IMG/VR virus record: IMGVR_UViG_3300012020_000005
Location: 1 to 64,000 of that record
Length of the DNA: 64,000 bases
Strand: one strand, 5' to 3'
Source of the DNA: a virus
Lineage: Duplodnaviria > Caudoviricetes
In this document: piece by piece, positions 10,047 through 20,461 of the stretch
How positions within the stretch are numbered: position 1 is the first letter of the stretch
Layout: each line of letters starts with the position of its first letter
Translations under genes and position numbers: made by a program
Notes under the pieces: model-generated
Told to the model about the DNA's origin: nothing
Seen by the model: only the letters and a program-made list of their open reading frames with translations
The model's database searches: none

Positions 10047-10279
10047 TCAAAAATTAATCTGTTCTTTTTAACTTTTTCGCCGAAAATAAAAATAACAAAA
10101 AATAAGAATTATGAAAACAGCATTACAAGAACTAATAGAAGATTTACAAGATATGTGTCCTGACTATTACAACAATAACTATAATTGGCTACATAATCTT
10201 TTAGATAAAGACAAGCAACAAACTGAAAAATCTTATGATAAAGGTTTTGTAGACGGTTATACAAAAAAACAATCAATAA

Positions 10280-10777
10280 ATGACTAAAGAAGAAATAATA
10301 AACGGAAGTAAGAGAATAGCTGAGTATATGGGACTTTGTTATCTACCTTTTTCGGTGGAATTAAAAGAAAAAGGAATGAAAGCAGGATATTATAAAACAA
10401 TAAGTGCTGAACCTAACATACAAGAAGTAACACAAACTTCTTATAAAGTCGGAGAAGAAGATAAGACATGTGTAAAAAAGATAAATATTAATATAAATCT
10501 ACTTCGTTATCATAATAAAAACGGATGGAAACTTTTTGAAGGTAAATACTATAAATATGTTTGTAGAAATCATGGAGAACTTAGGTATTGGAATTCTTTG
10601 GATAGTTTAATACCTGTGATAAAAAAGATTGAAGAAGGGAAAGACTTACATTTTGAACTTTTATACAATGGATGTATATTATATCAAAAATACGATAATC
10701 CTATTGAAAGTTATGATTTACCTAATTGGTCAAACAATGTTTTTAAAGTTGTTGTAGAATTTTTAAATAGTAAATAA
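10280..10777 (+). CDS. hypothetical protein
   Basis: 165-aa ORF. Confidence 0.65.
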   Translation: MTKEEIINGSKRIAEYMGLCYLPFSVELKEKGMKAGYYKTISAEPNIQEVTQTSYKVGEEDKTCVKKINININLLRYHNKNGWKLFEGKYYKYVCRNHGELRYWNSLDSLIPVIKKIEEGKDLHFELLYNGCILYQKYDNPIESYDLPNWSNNVFKVVVEFLNSK

Positions 10778-10780
10778 TTT

Positions 10781-11035
10781 ATGGAAACTAAAATAAATAA
10801 ACCTGTTTATGGTCTATTAGACAATTCTATATTTGGATTTAGAGTTATTTCAGGTATTGTAACAGGTGTTTCTTATTCAGAAAATTCAAAACCTAAATAT
10901 GAAATAAGTTTTGGAAAAAACAAGGCTTGGGTTCAAGATATTGCCGAGAGTAGTGAAGATTTAATAAAATTATTTAAACTTGTAGACTTAAAAAGAATTA
11001 AAGAAACGCATAATCTTAAACTTAAATACGAATGA
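10781..11035 (+). CDS. hypothetical protein
   Basis: Co-oriented ORF. Confidence 0.6.
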   Translation: METKINKPVYGLLDNSIFGFRVISGIVTGVSYSENSKPKYEISFGKNKAWVQDIAESSEDLIKLFKLVDLKRIKETHNLKLKYE

Positions 11036-11530
11036 TAATATACATGAACCAAACCATAGCCTTAATGTCGGCAACAAGAAGGAGAGAAACAGAAGAATTG
11101 ATTAAATCAGGAGAAGTAAAACAAGAACGTAGTTCCTACATTGATGGGGCAGAACCATATTTAATAGTTAAAGATGAAATATAAAACAGGATTTTTTAGT
11201 AATGATAATACCTTTTATGAAGACGGTAGTCCCGAACAGGATGAATTTTTAAGTCAACCTATTACAAAAGAAGAGCAAGGAACTTTATTAGGGTATATAA
11301 AACAAATTTGGCAAAATAAAAATGAAACAGAGATGTAGAGATAAAATAATTTTTTCAGTTTTTTTATTTAAGCTTCTTTTCGGGCGAGCTTATAATAACA
11401 AATGAATTATTTGGTTGGGTTAAAATTCGGCAAGTAAGAATAAAAGAGCAAATATCATGGTTTGATGATAGTTTCAATCAATACTTTGGAGGTGTTAAAT
11501 ACCATTGGACAACAGATAAAATTTATTAAT

Positions 11531-11725
11531 ATGGACAGAAATTTAGAAAGACAAGCAGAATACGCTAGAGATGGAATTAATGCTTTAGTACAGGAAATAG
11601 AGAGATTGGAATCAGAGGTTCAGGATTTACAAGACATAGTTTCGGCGAAAGAAAGTGAAATAGAAGTCTTAGAAGATACAATATATGATTTAAAACAAAC
11701 TATAAACGATAATGGAAGTAATTAA
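11531..11725 (+). CDS. hypothetical coiled-coil protein
   Basis: Heptad-like IERLESEVQDLQDIV; ATG 11531 preferred over the track start at 11462. Confidence 0.55.
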   Translation: MDRNLERQAEYARDGINALVQEIERLESEVQDLQDIVSAKESEIEVLEDTIYDLKQTINDNGSN

Positions 11726-11897
11726 AATAGTAACATTAGAAAATATTATTAAATTTCAAGATGCCCTTATACAACTTTATGAAACAGAAAGAGAGGGAAC
11801 ACCTAAATTTAACTTGTTTAGAGACAGTTATAAATCGACAATAAAAGAACTACAAGATAAATTAAATAATATAGAATAAGAATTTAAATAATAGATT

Positions 11898-12200
11898 ATG
11901 AAATGGTTAAAAAATTTATTTAATAAAAAAGAAAGTAATAATGGTATTGATAAACCAAGATGGATTACTAAAGATAATTTTAAAATTAAAAAGTGTTCTG
12001 ATGATACAGGATATGAAAAATACTATGTTTTATGTAATGTATATGAAGAAAAAGTTTGGAGAGAACCTTATGGAGCAAAATTTGGTTTTGATAGTTTAAA
12101 GGAAGCAAAAAAATTAATTAAAGTAGATATAAAATGGTGGCAGGATTTGTATATAAAAGAAACCACTAGAAAATGTGAAATAATTGATTTTGATTTATGA
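11898..12200 (+). CDS. hypothetical protein
   Basis: Co-oriented ORF. Confidence 0.6.
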   Translation: MKWLKNLFNKKESNNGIDKPRWITKDNFKIKKCSDDTGYEKYYVLCNVYEEKVWREPYGAKFGFDSLKEAKKLIKVDIKWWQDLYIKETTRKCEIIDFDL

Positions 12201-12448
12201 ATCCTAAAAGAACAATAGAGTTAGCTCATAAACTCGTAGTGTTGAATTTCCTCATTCAAGAATTACTAGACGAACTCAACCCAAGAACGGCGGAAATAAA
12301 AGAATACAGAGAAACTTTATTAAAACTAACAGAAATGTTAAATAACGAAATAGCCGACACAGAAGCTATTCAAAGTACCCTGTATTTCCAAGATTTAAGT
12401 AATAAAGTAGATACAATAATTAGAAAGAATTTAAATATAGAGTTATGA
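12197..12448 (+). CDS. hypothetical protein
   Basis: ATGA overlap with the previous gene. Confidence 0.6.
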   Translation: MNPKRTIELAHKLVVLNFLIQELLDELNPRTAEIKEYRETLLKLTEMLNNEIADTEAIQSTLYFQDLSNKVDTIIRKNLNIEL

Positions 12449-12828
12449 AACTAATTAATAAGGATAGCGTAAGTCACATTTCGATATATAAACCAAGAGA
12501 GGGTTTTAAGGTATCAGGTAATTGTTTTTGGAAGTATACTTATTATGCTGATGAGTACTTCAAATTATTTTGGCTTTTTCCTATAAAAACTTTAGATGCG
12601 GGCTTTTACAGGAGTGGTAAGAAAAGTAATTGGTATAAAATGGATAATAATTATTTTGATAAGAGTAAACATTATACCTTATTAAATGAAGTTTATACAA
12701 AATCCCATATTGATATTTTTTCTGCGGGAATAAAAATACACACAGAATATTTTGAAGACTACAAAGACTTAGAAAAACATATTAAAGACAACTATAATAA
12801 TTGTACTATTAGATATGAGAATAAATAA
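12445..12828 (+). CDS. hypothetical protein
   Basis: ATGA overlap with the previous gene. Confidence 0.6.
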   Translation: MKLINKDSVSHISIYKPREGFKVSGNCFWKYTYYADEYFKLFWLFPIKTLDAGFYRSGKKSNWYKMDNNYFDKSKHYTLLNEVYTKSHIDIFSAGIKIHTEYFEDYKDLEKHIKDNYNNCTIRYENK

Positions 12829-13033
12829 AGAACAATTAGAGTCAGTTGGTTTATTTCAATATCCTAAACAGCCTCATTTATTTGGAGACCTTGAAGATAT
12901 TGAATTTAATCAAAAAACCAATGAGTTATTTTATTTTAACTGGGTTGATGGCTATACAGAATTATATAGAAAAGTAAGAGATTTTGAAGATTTAGTAATT
13001 GCCTTATATGACGGATTTAATTTAGATTTTTAA
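12815..13033 (+). CDS. hypothetical protein
   Basis: Co-oriented ORF. Confidence 0.55.
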   Translation: MRINKEQLESVGLFQYPKQPHLFGDLEDIEFNQKTNELFYFNWVDGYTELYRKVRDFEDLVIALYDGFNLDF

Positions 13034-13065
13034 TTTCGCCGTAAAAAATAAAAAACAGAATAATT

Positions 13066-13287
13066 ATGGAAACACCAAAAGAAGTTAAGGAGTGGGCAGA
13101 AAGAATTATGAGTTTAAAAAGAAAGACTTGCATAGAAGATATTGTTAATTATTTCAATGCAAGATATAAAAATGCCACAATAAAATATGAAGAAGATAAC
13201 TTTATAATTGAGGGAGATGAGAGCGAATCTTTAGAAATTGCCGAAGACTTAAAAGATATGTTGAATTTTTCCGCAAAAAAGGATTAA
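13066..13287 (+). CDS. hypothetical protein
   Basis: Co-oriented ORF. Confidence 0.55.
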   Translation: METPKEVKEWAERIMSLKRKTCIEDIVNYFNARYKNATIKYEEDNFIIEGDESESLEIAEDLKDMLNFSAKKD

Positions 13288-13293
13288 AAACAG

Positions 13294-13479
13294 ATGAAAA
13301 AACACTACAATTATAAACAACAAGACTACTACATTCAAGAAACAATAGAAATGAAAGACCCATCCACACGAAAATGGTTAAAAGCTTATATCTATATTCA
13401 GATAAGTAGTGGTAAAAAGTTTTGTAGAGAAATTGAAGAGTTTGAGAAATTATTTAAATTTGAGGGGGTATATAAATGA
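13294..13479 (+). CDS. DUF1653-like small protein
   Basis: Size and the pattern Y..Y....YIY......KKFCREIEEF..LF resemble DUF1653. Confidence 0.4.
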   Translation: MKKHYNYKQQDYYIQETIEMKDPSTRKWLKAYIYIQISSGKKFCREIEEFEKLFKFEGVYK

Positions 13480-15437
13480 GTAAGTTTAATTTAGATGGGG
13501 CATTAGTAGTCGACATAGAAACAAGGGGATTATTAGACAAACTAAAGTCTAAAGAGGACTTACACGTTATGTCTGTTGGTTGGAAGTCTAGTGGTCAATG
13601 GAATATAAAGTCTACAAATAAAGAAGAGGATATTGCTAAAGTATTTGAAAATCCTAATAATACTATTGTAGGACATTTTTTTCTCGCTTATGACTTACCT
13701 GCCCTTAAAATAATGTTTCCAAATATTAATTTTAAAGCAAAGATTATTGATTCTCTAGCCTTGAGTCACTATTTATCAAATGATAGATTAAAGCACGGGC
13801 TTGAGGACTATGGTATTGAATTTGGATATGAAAAAGTAAAGATTTCTAATGAAGAGTGGGAAAATCTTGACTATGATAAAGCAGAAGCAAGATGCCGCCG
13901 AGATGTTGAAATAAATTGTATACTTTGGGATAAACAATTAGCCTTACTTAGAGAGTTGTATGAAACAGATGATGAAATTCATTCTCCTATTGCTAGGTGT
14001 AACTTTAAAATGCAACTCTTACATATACAAGAAAATAATAAAATTAAGCTTGATGTTGAACTGTGTAAAAAAAACCTAAAATTTTTAGAAGAAATTATTC
14101 AAAAAAAGGAGATAGAACTAAATTCTATCTTACCTCCAATTAAAAATATTGTAGTAAGAAAAAAGCCTAAAAATTTATACAAAGCAAATGGAAAACTTTC
14201 TGTGGTTGGAGAAAAGTGGTTAAATATGATTAAACAACTCAACCTACCTGATGATTATGATGGAGATATAAATGAAATAGTTTCAGAAACTCCACCAAAC
14301 TGTCAATCAACAAAACAGATGAAGGATTATCTTCTATCAAAAAATTGGAAACCTAAGTTGTTTAAAGATGGAGCTAATGGAAAAGTCCCACAGTTGAGAG
14401 ATGATAATAAGGAATTATGTAGTAGTATAAAAGAGTTAATTAAAGAAGTGCCTGAATTAGAAGCATTAGATGGGCTATCTGTTGCACAGCATAGAGCAGG
14501 CTATTTAAAGGCATTTTTAGACACTATGGATGATGATGGTTATGTAAAAGCAGGTTGGTCAGGAATGGCAAAAACTTTTCGTGTAAAACATAATAAACCA
14601 ATAGTTAATCTGCCCTCAAATAATTCTCAATATGGAGACTTAGTTAGAAGCTGTTTAATTGCTCCCGAAGGGATGTTATTTGTAAACGCAGATTTAAGCT
14701 CATTAGAGGATAAAACAAAGCAATGTTGCATATATCCCTATGACCCTAAATATGTTGAAACTTTAAATACTCCTGGATACGATGCACACTTACGTATTGC
14801 AGAGCTAGGAAATTTTATGTCTGAAGATGAAATTAAATTATTTAAGTGGTATAAGGATAAAAATAAAAACTTAGAAGATTTACCTGAAGTATTTAAAGTT
14901 TATACGGAAGAGGAGTTATCAGAGCAGTTCGTAAGGTTGTCAAAGGTTCGTCATACTTGTAAAACTACTAATTATAGTGCAACTTACTCTGCAAGTCCTA
15001 AAAAAATTGCAGAAACAGCGGGGGTTGCTCTTAAGATAGGGCAAGCTTTACACAAAACTTATTGGGATTTGAATTGGAGTGTTAAGAAATTTACAGAAGA
15101 TTTAAAAGTAAAAACTGTTGACAATAGAAATTGGATTTATAACCCTTTTACTAAATTATGGCTTTTGCTCACAGCAGACCATATTAAATTTTCGGCATGT
15201 AATCAAAACTTTGGAGCTTGTGTATTTGACACTTTTTTGTGGTTTTTAATTCAATCAGGTATTAAGCCAATTATGACAATACATGATGAGCTAAGCTTCT
15301 ATATACCAATAGGTTACGAAGATTGGGCAAGAAAGGTTATAAAAGAAAGTATGGACAAAGTAAATGAAATTTTTAATCAACCTATAAAGTTTGAATCTGA
15401 ACCTGAGTTTGCAACTTCCTATGGAAATGTACATTAA
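13476..15437 (+). CDS. polA: family A DNA polymerase with N-terminal 3'-5' exonuclease (T7-like)
   Basis: VDIET exonuclease motif, motif A NADLSSLE, motif B R..CKTTNYSATY, motif C IHDE. Confidence 0.9.
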   Translation: MSKFNLDGALVVDIETRGLLDKLKSKEDLHVMSVGWKSSGQWNIKSTNKEEDIAKVFENPNNTIVGHFFLAYDLPALKIMFPNINFKAKIIDSLALSHYLSNDRLKHGLEDYGIEFGYEKVKISNEEWENLDYDKAEARCRRDVEINCILWDKQLALLRELYETDDEIHSPIARCNFKMQLLHIQENNKIKLDVELCKKNLKFLEEIIQKKEIELNSILPPIKNIVVRKKPKNLYKANGKLSVVGEKWLNMIKQLNLPDDYDGDINEIVSETPPNCQSTKQMKDYLLSKNWKPKLFKDGANGKVPQLRDDNKELCSSIKELIKEVPELEALDGLSVAQHRAGYLKAFLDTMDDDGYVKAGWSGMAKTFRVKHNKPIVNLPSNNSQYGDLVRSCLIAPEGMLFVNADLSSLEDKTKQCCIYPYDPKYVETLNTPGYDAHLRIAELGNFMSEDEIKLFKWYKDKNKNLEDLPEVFKVYTEEELSEQFVRLSKVRHTCKTTNYSATYSASPKKIAETAGVALKIGQALHKTYWDLNWSVKKFTEDLKVKTVDNRNWIYNPFTKLWLLLTADHIKFSACNQNFGACVFDTFLWFLIQSGIKPIMTIHDELSFYIPIGYEDWARKVIKESMDKVNEIFNQPIKFESEPEFATSYGNVH

Positions 15438-15442
15438 TAACT

Positions 15443-15470
15443 AAAGAGTCTGTATAGGCTCTTTTTTATT
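15443..15470 (+). terminator. intrinsic terminator after the polymerase gene
   Basis: AAAGAGTCT-GTAT-AGGCTCTTT hairpin followed by a T-run. Confidence 0.7.
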
Positions 15471-15520
15471 TCTGTTTTTTAATCTTTTTTGCGTGAAAAT
15501 AAAAAATTATTTATTTTTAC

Positions 15521-15551
15521 TTGCACAGTAAATATTTTATACTTACATTTG
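15521..15551 (+). promoter_or_regulatory. Bacteroidota-type promoter, candidate promoter for the cassette array
   Basis: TTGCA at 15521 and TACATTTG at 15544; last clear promoter seen upstream of the array. Confidence 0.7.
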
Positions 15552-15768
15552 TTGAAAATTAATCAGTTCTTTTACTGTTTTTAATTTTTTTACGGCGAAA
15601 ATAAAAAAATAATAAATTATGAAAACAATATTAATACTACTTATAGGAATATTTATTGAAAAATTTTATAGTCCTAGACTTAGTTGGGTTAAAGAATCTT
15701 CTGTTCTTTTACTTTTTTATTCGGCGAAAAATATTAGAAAACGATTAATACTTTTTAAAATTTAAACT

Positions 15769-16161
15769 ATGGAAAAACAATTAATTTATTCAGCAATACG
15801 TACTCCTGATGGAACAGTACTAGAGTCAAAGCACAGACATGATTATGTATCTCATTTAGATGCTAATGGAGAAACATATATTTTAGATGGTGGTTGTGAC
15901 TACATAAGAAGAAGTGTAAATAAAGTAGAGGCTGAAGATTTAAGCCTTTATGATGATACTCCACATGAACAAATTAGAGAAATTATATCTCGCGGTGGTA
16001 GGGGTGTAGATGGAACAGAGCCTTTAAAATATGTTCTATTAAAAGATATTGATGATGATTGGCTTGAAGCTATTATTAAGTATGAACAAAAATTAAGACC
16101 TGAAAATAAATTTATTTCAGTATATTTGGCGGAAAAAGAATTTAGAAAAAATGGAAATTAA
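15769..16161 (+). CDS. hypothetical phage protein
   Basis: 130-aa ORF (TPDGTVLES.HRHDY...LDGGCDYIR). Confidence 0.7.
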   Translation: MEKQLIYSAIRTPDGTVLESKHRHDYVSHLDANGETYILDGGCDYIRRSVNKVEAEDLSLYDDTPHEQIREIISRGGRGVDGTEPLKYVLLKDIDDDWLEAIIKYEQKLRPENKFISVYLAEKEFRKNGN

Positions 16162-16348
16162 AACAATTGATTATTACGGAGTACCTTTAACAGTACATTA
16201 TAAAGTTGAGGGTAAGTATTATCCTGCAACTTATTTACAACCCGCTGAATACCCCGAAGTTTATATTGAAGAGATTTATGCGGGAGATGTAAATATATTT
16301 GATATGTTGTTAGAAAGTCAAATAGATGAAATAACAGAAAAATTATAG
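16151..16348 (+). CDS. hypothetical protein
   Basis: Ends about 20 bp before the first attC-like site. Confidence 0.6.
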   Translation: MEIKTIDYYGVPLTVHYKVEGKYYPATYLQPAEYPEVYIEEIYAGDVNIFDMLLESQIDEITEKL

Positions 16349-16365
16349 GTAAATAGTAGTTTTGC

Positions 16366-16491
16366 CAATAACGGTATAGCTTGTAGCCGTATGCCAATAA
16401 AAACAAAACTAACTTAAAATTAAACACAATGAATACAAAACAAATTGAAAATTTAGCCGAAAACGGCAATAAGTCAAAACCGCTGCTATAA
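16366..16491 (+). repeat. attC-like site J1 (degenerate; GCT instead of GTT)
   Basis: CAATAAC at 16366-16372 ... GCTATAA at 16485; weak stem. Confidence 0.55.
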
Positions 16492-16501
16492 GCCGTTTTT
16501 T

Positions 16502-16765
16502 ATGATAGAATATTTTAACCGATATAGTAACACAGATTTACCAGATGATATGGGTAGATGGGCAAGAATAGCAATTTTTAAAAACATTAGAATTGCTTGG
16601 ATTAGCAGATTAGAAAATAAAGGAAAAGTTATATTTAGTGTTTCTTGCCATTTTCCAACTATGCAAAATGATACTGCAAATGAATACAAAATATGTCATT
16701 CATTAGATGAAGCAAAAGAGTTCGTCAATGAGCGTTGGAGTTGGTTTCTAACATCAGTTTCTTAA
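16502..16765 (+). CDS. hypothetical protein, cassette A
   Basis: Bracketed by GCTATAAGCCGTTTT (16485) and AAAATGGCTTATAAC (16764-16778). Confidence 0.65.
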   Translation: MIEYFNRYSNTDLPDDMGRWARIAIFKNIRIAWISRLENKGKVIFSVSCHFPTMQNDTANEYKICHSLDEAKEFVNERWSWFLTSVS

Positions 16766-16771
16766 AATGGC

Positions 16772-16864
16772 TTATAACGGTTGAGTATTGGCAAAATGCC
16801 ACCAGTACAAGCTTTCAAATTAGGCACAAACTATCTGTGGCATTTTGCCAATACTATGTTATAG
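16772..16864 (+). repeat. attC-like site J2
   Basis: AAC 16778; perfect 19-bp inverted repeat 16784-16802/16837-16855; GTT 16858. Confidence 0.85.
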
Positions 16865-16909
16865 GTAGTTGTTTTAAAAATTAGCGTTGGCATTAAAAAC
16901 ACAAACACA

Positions 16910-17092
16910 ATGGGAAATATGAGTTATTGCAGGTTTGAAAACACCTACGGAGATTTACAAGATTGCTACGATGCACTTGGAGAAAAATCATTAGATGAAC
17001 TTTCTGAAACAGAAAAAAAGTATGCAAAGAAGTTGATTAAAATGTGCAGAGAAATTGCTGATGATTTTTTGGAAGATGAAGATGATGAGTAA
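16910..17092 (+). CDS. hypothetical protein, cassette B
   Basis: MGNMSYCRFENT; bracketed by a 22-bp inverted repeat 16858-16879/17108-17129. Confidence 0.7.
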   Translation: MGNMSYCRFENTYGDLQDCYDALGEKSLDELSETEKKYAKKLIKMCREIADDFLEDEDDE

Positions 17093-17122
17093 CGGTGCGG
17101 TGGGGATTTTTAAAACAATTCC

Positions 17123-17258
17123 CTATAACTGTCTTCAACTTGCTCGTCGTTGTGGCGAATGAGCCTAAAACTTAACAAATAACAACTAAATTTTAAAATT
17201 ATGACCAAACTTTCAAACACAGACCCAATGCCCCAATGCGTGCAAACCGATGTTATAT
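17123..17258 (+). repeat. attC-like site J3
   Basis: AAC 17129; imperfect stem; GTT 17252. Confidence 0.7.
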
Positions 17259-17440
17259 GCTGTGATTTTTTCAAGCAAAATATCAAAGAATACGGATGGT
17301 TTAAATTAGACCATTTAGGAGAAGAACAATATTTAATGCCTCATATTTTAGGCACAAAAATTAGAATAAATTATTGTCCAACTTGTGGAAAAGAATGCAG
17401 GGATACTGTTTTAAGTACAGATTTGTATCATAGCATCTAA
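17201..17440 (+). CDS. hypothetical Cys-rich protein, cassette C
   Basis: ATG lies in J3; stop codon is the TAA of TAAC; CPTCG knuckle. Confidence 0.6.
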   Translation: MTKLSNTDPMPQCVQTDVICCDFFKQNIKEYGWFKLDHLGEEQYLMPHILGTKIRINYCPTCGKECRDTVLSTDLYHSI

Positions 17441-17569
17441 CGTTTTGCTACTACAAATCGTTTGGGATTAAGTAAACCAAAATATTCGAGTACTCACGAA
17501 TAAAAACAGGTACAAACTAATTTTTAAATTAATCACAGTTACCCAAATGTTTTGTAGTAGCTGTTATAA
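17435..17569 (+). repeat. attC-like site J4
   Basis: AAC 17441; 20-bp stem 17447-17466/17542-17561 with 2 mismatches; GTT 17563. Confidence 0.85.
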
Positions 17570-17581
17570 GTAGCTTTTATT

Positions 17582-17812
17582 ATGCTTACAATTAAATTAC
17601 TAAAAGAATTGATTAAAGACGTTCCAGATGATGCTATATTTTCTTCAATGCGTTTTGGAAATAATAACGAAATGGATTTTTTTGTTATTAAAAGAGCGTT
17701 ATTAGTTGAAGGTAGTAGAAATAAGTTTTTTGTGTTAAACCAAATGGGGACACATTGGGGAGAAAAATGGGAAAAAGGAGAATATAAAATAATTAAAACA
17801 ATAGAAAAATGA
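17582..17812 (+). CDS. hypothetical protein, cassette D gene 1
   Basis: Directly after core 17563. Confidence 0.6.
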   Translation: MLTIKLLKELIKDVPDDAIFSSMRFGNNNEMDFFVIKRALLVEGSRNKFFVLNQMGTHWGEKWEKGEYKIIKTIEK

Positions 17813-18030
17813 CACAAACAATAGAATGTAAATGTGGTAAAACTTTTGCCGCATCAGGAGTTCCTTATTGCTACACAAATGAGCAATGGCAAGAAGATTT
17901 AAGAGAATACGTAAAACAAGGTTGTACAGTTTCTTTAGTTGAAGATGATAAAGTACAATTTCAACAATGTACTTGCAATGAATTAGATGAACTTAAAGGC
18001 ATTTTCGACACCGTTGTTCTTTTGGAGTAG
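17809..18030 (+). CDS. hypothetical protein, cassette D gene 2
   Basis: ATGA overlap; ends before the inverse core 18041-18055. Confidence 0.6.
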   Translation: MTQTIECKCGKTFAASGVPYCYTNEQWQEDLREYVKQGCTVSLVEDDKVQFQQCTCNELDELKGIFDTVVLLE

Positions 18031-18048
18031 CGATTGTCCTAAAGTTAC

Positions 18049-18180
18049 TTATAACGTTAAGGTGCTTTGCAATATGGCGGTTTCAAGGCACTGCACCTTC
18101 AATTTAGAACTAATGTTTAATCAAGGCACTAACACTGAATTTTGCACTTCACCCGCCATATTGCAAAGCACGTGTTATAG
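18049..18180 (+). repeat. attC-like site J5
   Basis: AAC 18055; perfect 19-bp inverted repeat 18062-18080/18153-18171; GTT 18174. Confidence 0.85.
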
Positions 18181-18198
18181 CCAGTTAATTTTAATCAA

Positions 18199-18411
18199 AT
18201 GTCAAAATTAAATTTGTATCAAAGAAGAAAACAAGAGTGTGGTTATGTTCATGGGATGTACAAACCCGATAAAGCTGATTTTTATTTAATCAAGCAAAAT
18301 GTAGATGAGTATCTAATTGCTTATTTTGATGGGGAGTTTTGGGAAAGTAAAGTAGATAGGCTTATCTGTTGGAGAGAAATACCTAAATCGGATATTTTAG
18401 CTCCGTTTTAA
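18199..18411 (+). CDS. hypothetical protein, cassette E
   Basis: Bracketed by GTTATAGCCAGTTAA and TTAATTGGCTATAAC. Confidence 0.6.
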   Translation: MSKLNLYQRRKQECGYVHGMYKPDKADFYLIKQNVDEYLIAYFDGEFWESKVDRLICWREIPKSDILAPF

Positions 18412-18415
18412 TTGG

Positions 18416-18509
18416 CTATAACGTGATGCGTATATGAGAAGTGGCACTTGTAGAATGTTGAAATTTAGCACAAATGTTTATGTGCCATTTCTTATATACG
18501 CTGTTAGCA
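18416..18509 (+). repeat. attC-like site J6
   Basis: AAC 18422; 20-bp stem 18428-18447/18482-18501; GTT 18503. Confidence 0.85.
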
Positions 18510-18600
18510 GTAGTACGGATTTAAACCACAAATGCTCAATCAAAGAACTGAACCTTTTTCTTTTCTTTTTTGTGCGGTTGGAAAATAAAAAATTAAAAAT

Positions 18601-19422
18601 ATGATTGAGATAAATAAAAATTACAACGAAAGCAATTTAGAAACAATGGAGAAAATGCCTGATTGCTTTGTGGACTTAACGGTAACAAGCCCACCTTATG
18701 ATGGATTAAGAACATATAATGGTTATTCATTCCCTTTTGAGGATATTGCAAATGAGTTATTTAGAATTACAAAAGATGGTGGTGTATTAGTTTGGGTTGT
18801 TGGTGATGCAACTGTGAAAGGTAGTGAAAGTGGAACTAGTTTTAAACAAGCATTGTTTTTTAAAGAGGTAGGTTTTAATTTGCACGATACAATGATGTAT
18901 AGAAAGATAAACTACATACCATTAACACATAATAGATATGAGCAGGAGTTTGAGTATATGTTTATTTTTAGCAAAGGAAAGCCTAAAACCTTTAATCCAA
19001 TAATGGTTGAATGTAAAACAAAAGGAAGTAAAACAAAAGGCAGAACATTTTACCAAACAAATAGCCAAAATAAACCAACAGAAGCGCACAAAAACGATGC
19101 CGTAAAAGAATACAAACAAAAAGGAAATGTATGGGAAATACCTACTAATGCAGGCACAAAAGGACACCCCGCACAATTCCCTGAGCAATTAGCTAACGAC
19201 CATATTATATCATGGTCTAATGAAGGTGATTTAGTTTACGACCCATTCATGGGAAGCGGAACAACAGCAAAAATGAGTATCTTAAATAACCGTAATTGGA
19301 TTGGAAGCGAAATATCTTCTGAATACTGCGATATTATTGAAGAACGAATTAAAAAAGCGTGGGAAGAAAAAAGAAAAGAAAAAGATTTAACGCAGAAAAC
19401 TCTATTCGTAGATGGAATGTAG
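18601..19422 (+). CDS. beta-class DNA amino-methyltransferase (SPPY; possibly m4C), cassette F
   Basis: Motif IV DLTVTSPPY, GHPAQFP, motif I DPFMGSGTT. Confidence 0.9.
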   Translation: MIEINKNYNESNLETMEKMPDCFVDLTVTSPPYDGLRTYNGYSFPFEDIANELFRITKDGGVLVWVVGDATVKGSESGTSFKQALFFKEVGFNLHDTMMYRKINYIPLTHNRYEQEFEYMFIFSKGKPKTFNPIMVECKTKGSKTKGRTFYQTNSQNKPTEAHKNDAVKEYKQKGNVWEIPTNAGTKGHPAQFPEQLANDHIISWSNEGDLVYDPFMGSGTTAKMSILNNRNWIGSEISSEYCDIIEERIKKAWEEKRKEKDLTQKTLFVDGM

Positions 19423-19428
19423 TATTAC

Positions 19429-19561
19429 TGCTAACGGCACTTGGCTTGTGGTCAGGTGCGGAATTTGAAAAACAAAACTTAAAATATAGAACGAATGATG
19501 ATAGTAGAACAAATGTTGAATAACGCACCAACCCCGCTATTGCATATAGCCGATGTTAGTG
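19429..19561 (+). repeat. attC-like site J7
   Basis: AAC 19435; partial stem (GGTGCG/CGCACC); GTT 19555. Confidence 0.7.
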
Positions 19562-20286
19562 GCAGTGCTTTGTTCAATGCTGATTGTATGGATATTTTAC
19601 CTCTTATTCCTGATAAATCGGTTCAACTCATTTTGGCAGATTTGCCTTATGGAACTACTAATTTGAAATGGGATAGTGTGTTAGACCTAAACAAGTTGTG
19701 GCAAGAATACGAAAGAATAATTACTGATAATGGTGCAATAGTTTTAACAGCATCTCAGCCATTTACAACGGTTTTAATAAACTCAAATCCTGCATTATTC
19801 AAATATGAATGGATATGGTTAAAAGATAAACCAAACAACTTTGCACTTGCTAATAAAATGCCAATGAAATATCACGAAAACGTGTTGGTTTTTTATAAAA
19901 AACTGCCAAAATACAATAAGCAAATGGAAAAACGAGATGGTGGTGGAAAAAGGTATAAATATGCAGTAAACTATGAAAACCAACAAAGCGAACATTTAAC
20001 GCTAAAAAATGGTGCAAAGTTTTTTGATATGGAATTTAAAAACCCATCAAGTGTGCAAAAATTCTCAACAGGGAGAAGGCAGGATTTAAAACACCCAACA
20101 CAAAAACCGTTGGAAATGATGAAGTATTTTATTGCGACATATTCAGATGAAAACGATTATGTTCTTGACAATACAATGGGAGTAGGAACAACTTGCGTAG
20201 GAGCAAAGGAGTTGAACCGAAAGTTTATCGGGATTGAAAAAGAGGTAAAATATTATGACTTAGCAGTTGCTCGTGTGTTCGGGTAG
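19495..20286 (+). CDS. beta-class DNA amino-methyltransferase, cassette G
   Basis: LILADLPY, HPTQKP, DNTMGVGTT; start codon lies in J7. Confidence 0.9.
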   Translation: MMIVEQMLNNAPTPLLHIADVSGSALFNADCMDILPLIPDKSVQLILADLPYGTTNLKWDSVLDLNKLWQEYERIITDNGAIVLTASQPFTTVLINSNPALFKYEWIWLKDKPNNFALANKMPMKYHENVLVFYKKLPKYNKQMEKRDGGGKRYKYAVNYENQQSEHLTLKNGAKFFDMEFKNPSSVQKFSTGRRQDLKHPTQKPLEMMKYFIATYSDENDYVLDNTMGVGTTCVGAKELNRKFIGIEKEVKYYDLAVARVFG

Positions 20287-20292
20287 CATTGC

Positions 20293-20391
20293 CACTAACG
20301 TTTTGCGGCTTTGTGTCTGTTTGCCCCTTGCACATAGCTTCAATTTACCACAAATATTGATGGGGCAAATAGCACAAAACCGCTGTTATAA
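20293..20391 (+). repeat. attC-like site J8
   Basis: AAC 20299; stem 20305-20327/20362-20383; GTT 20385. Confidence 0.85.
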
Positions 20392-20461
20392 GCTGGCTGC
20401 GGTTAATTAAACGAAAATATAAATACGAAGAACAAAACAACTTTTAATAAATTTTTAAGCG

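Noticed and set aside
17987-18211. 74-aa ORF spanning J5
   Set aside because: It overlaps two better ORFs and runs across the hairpin; only its tail might serve as a leader peptide.
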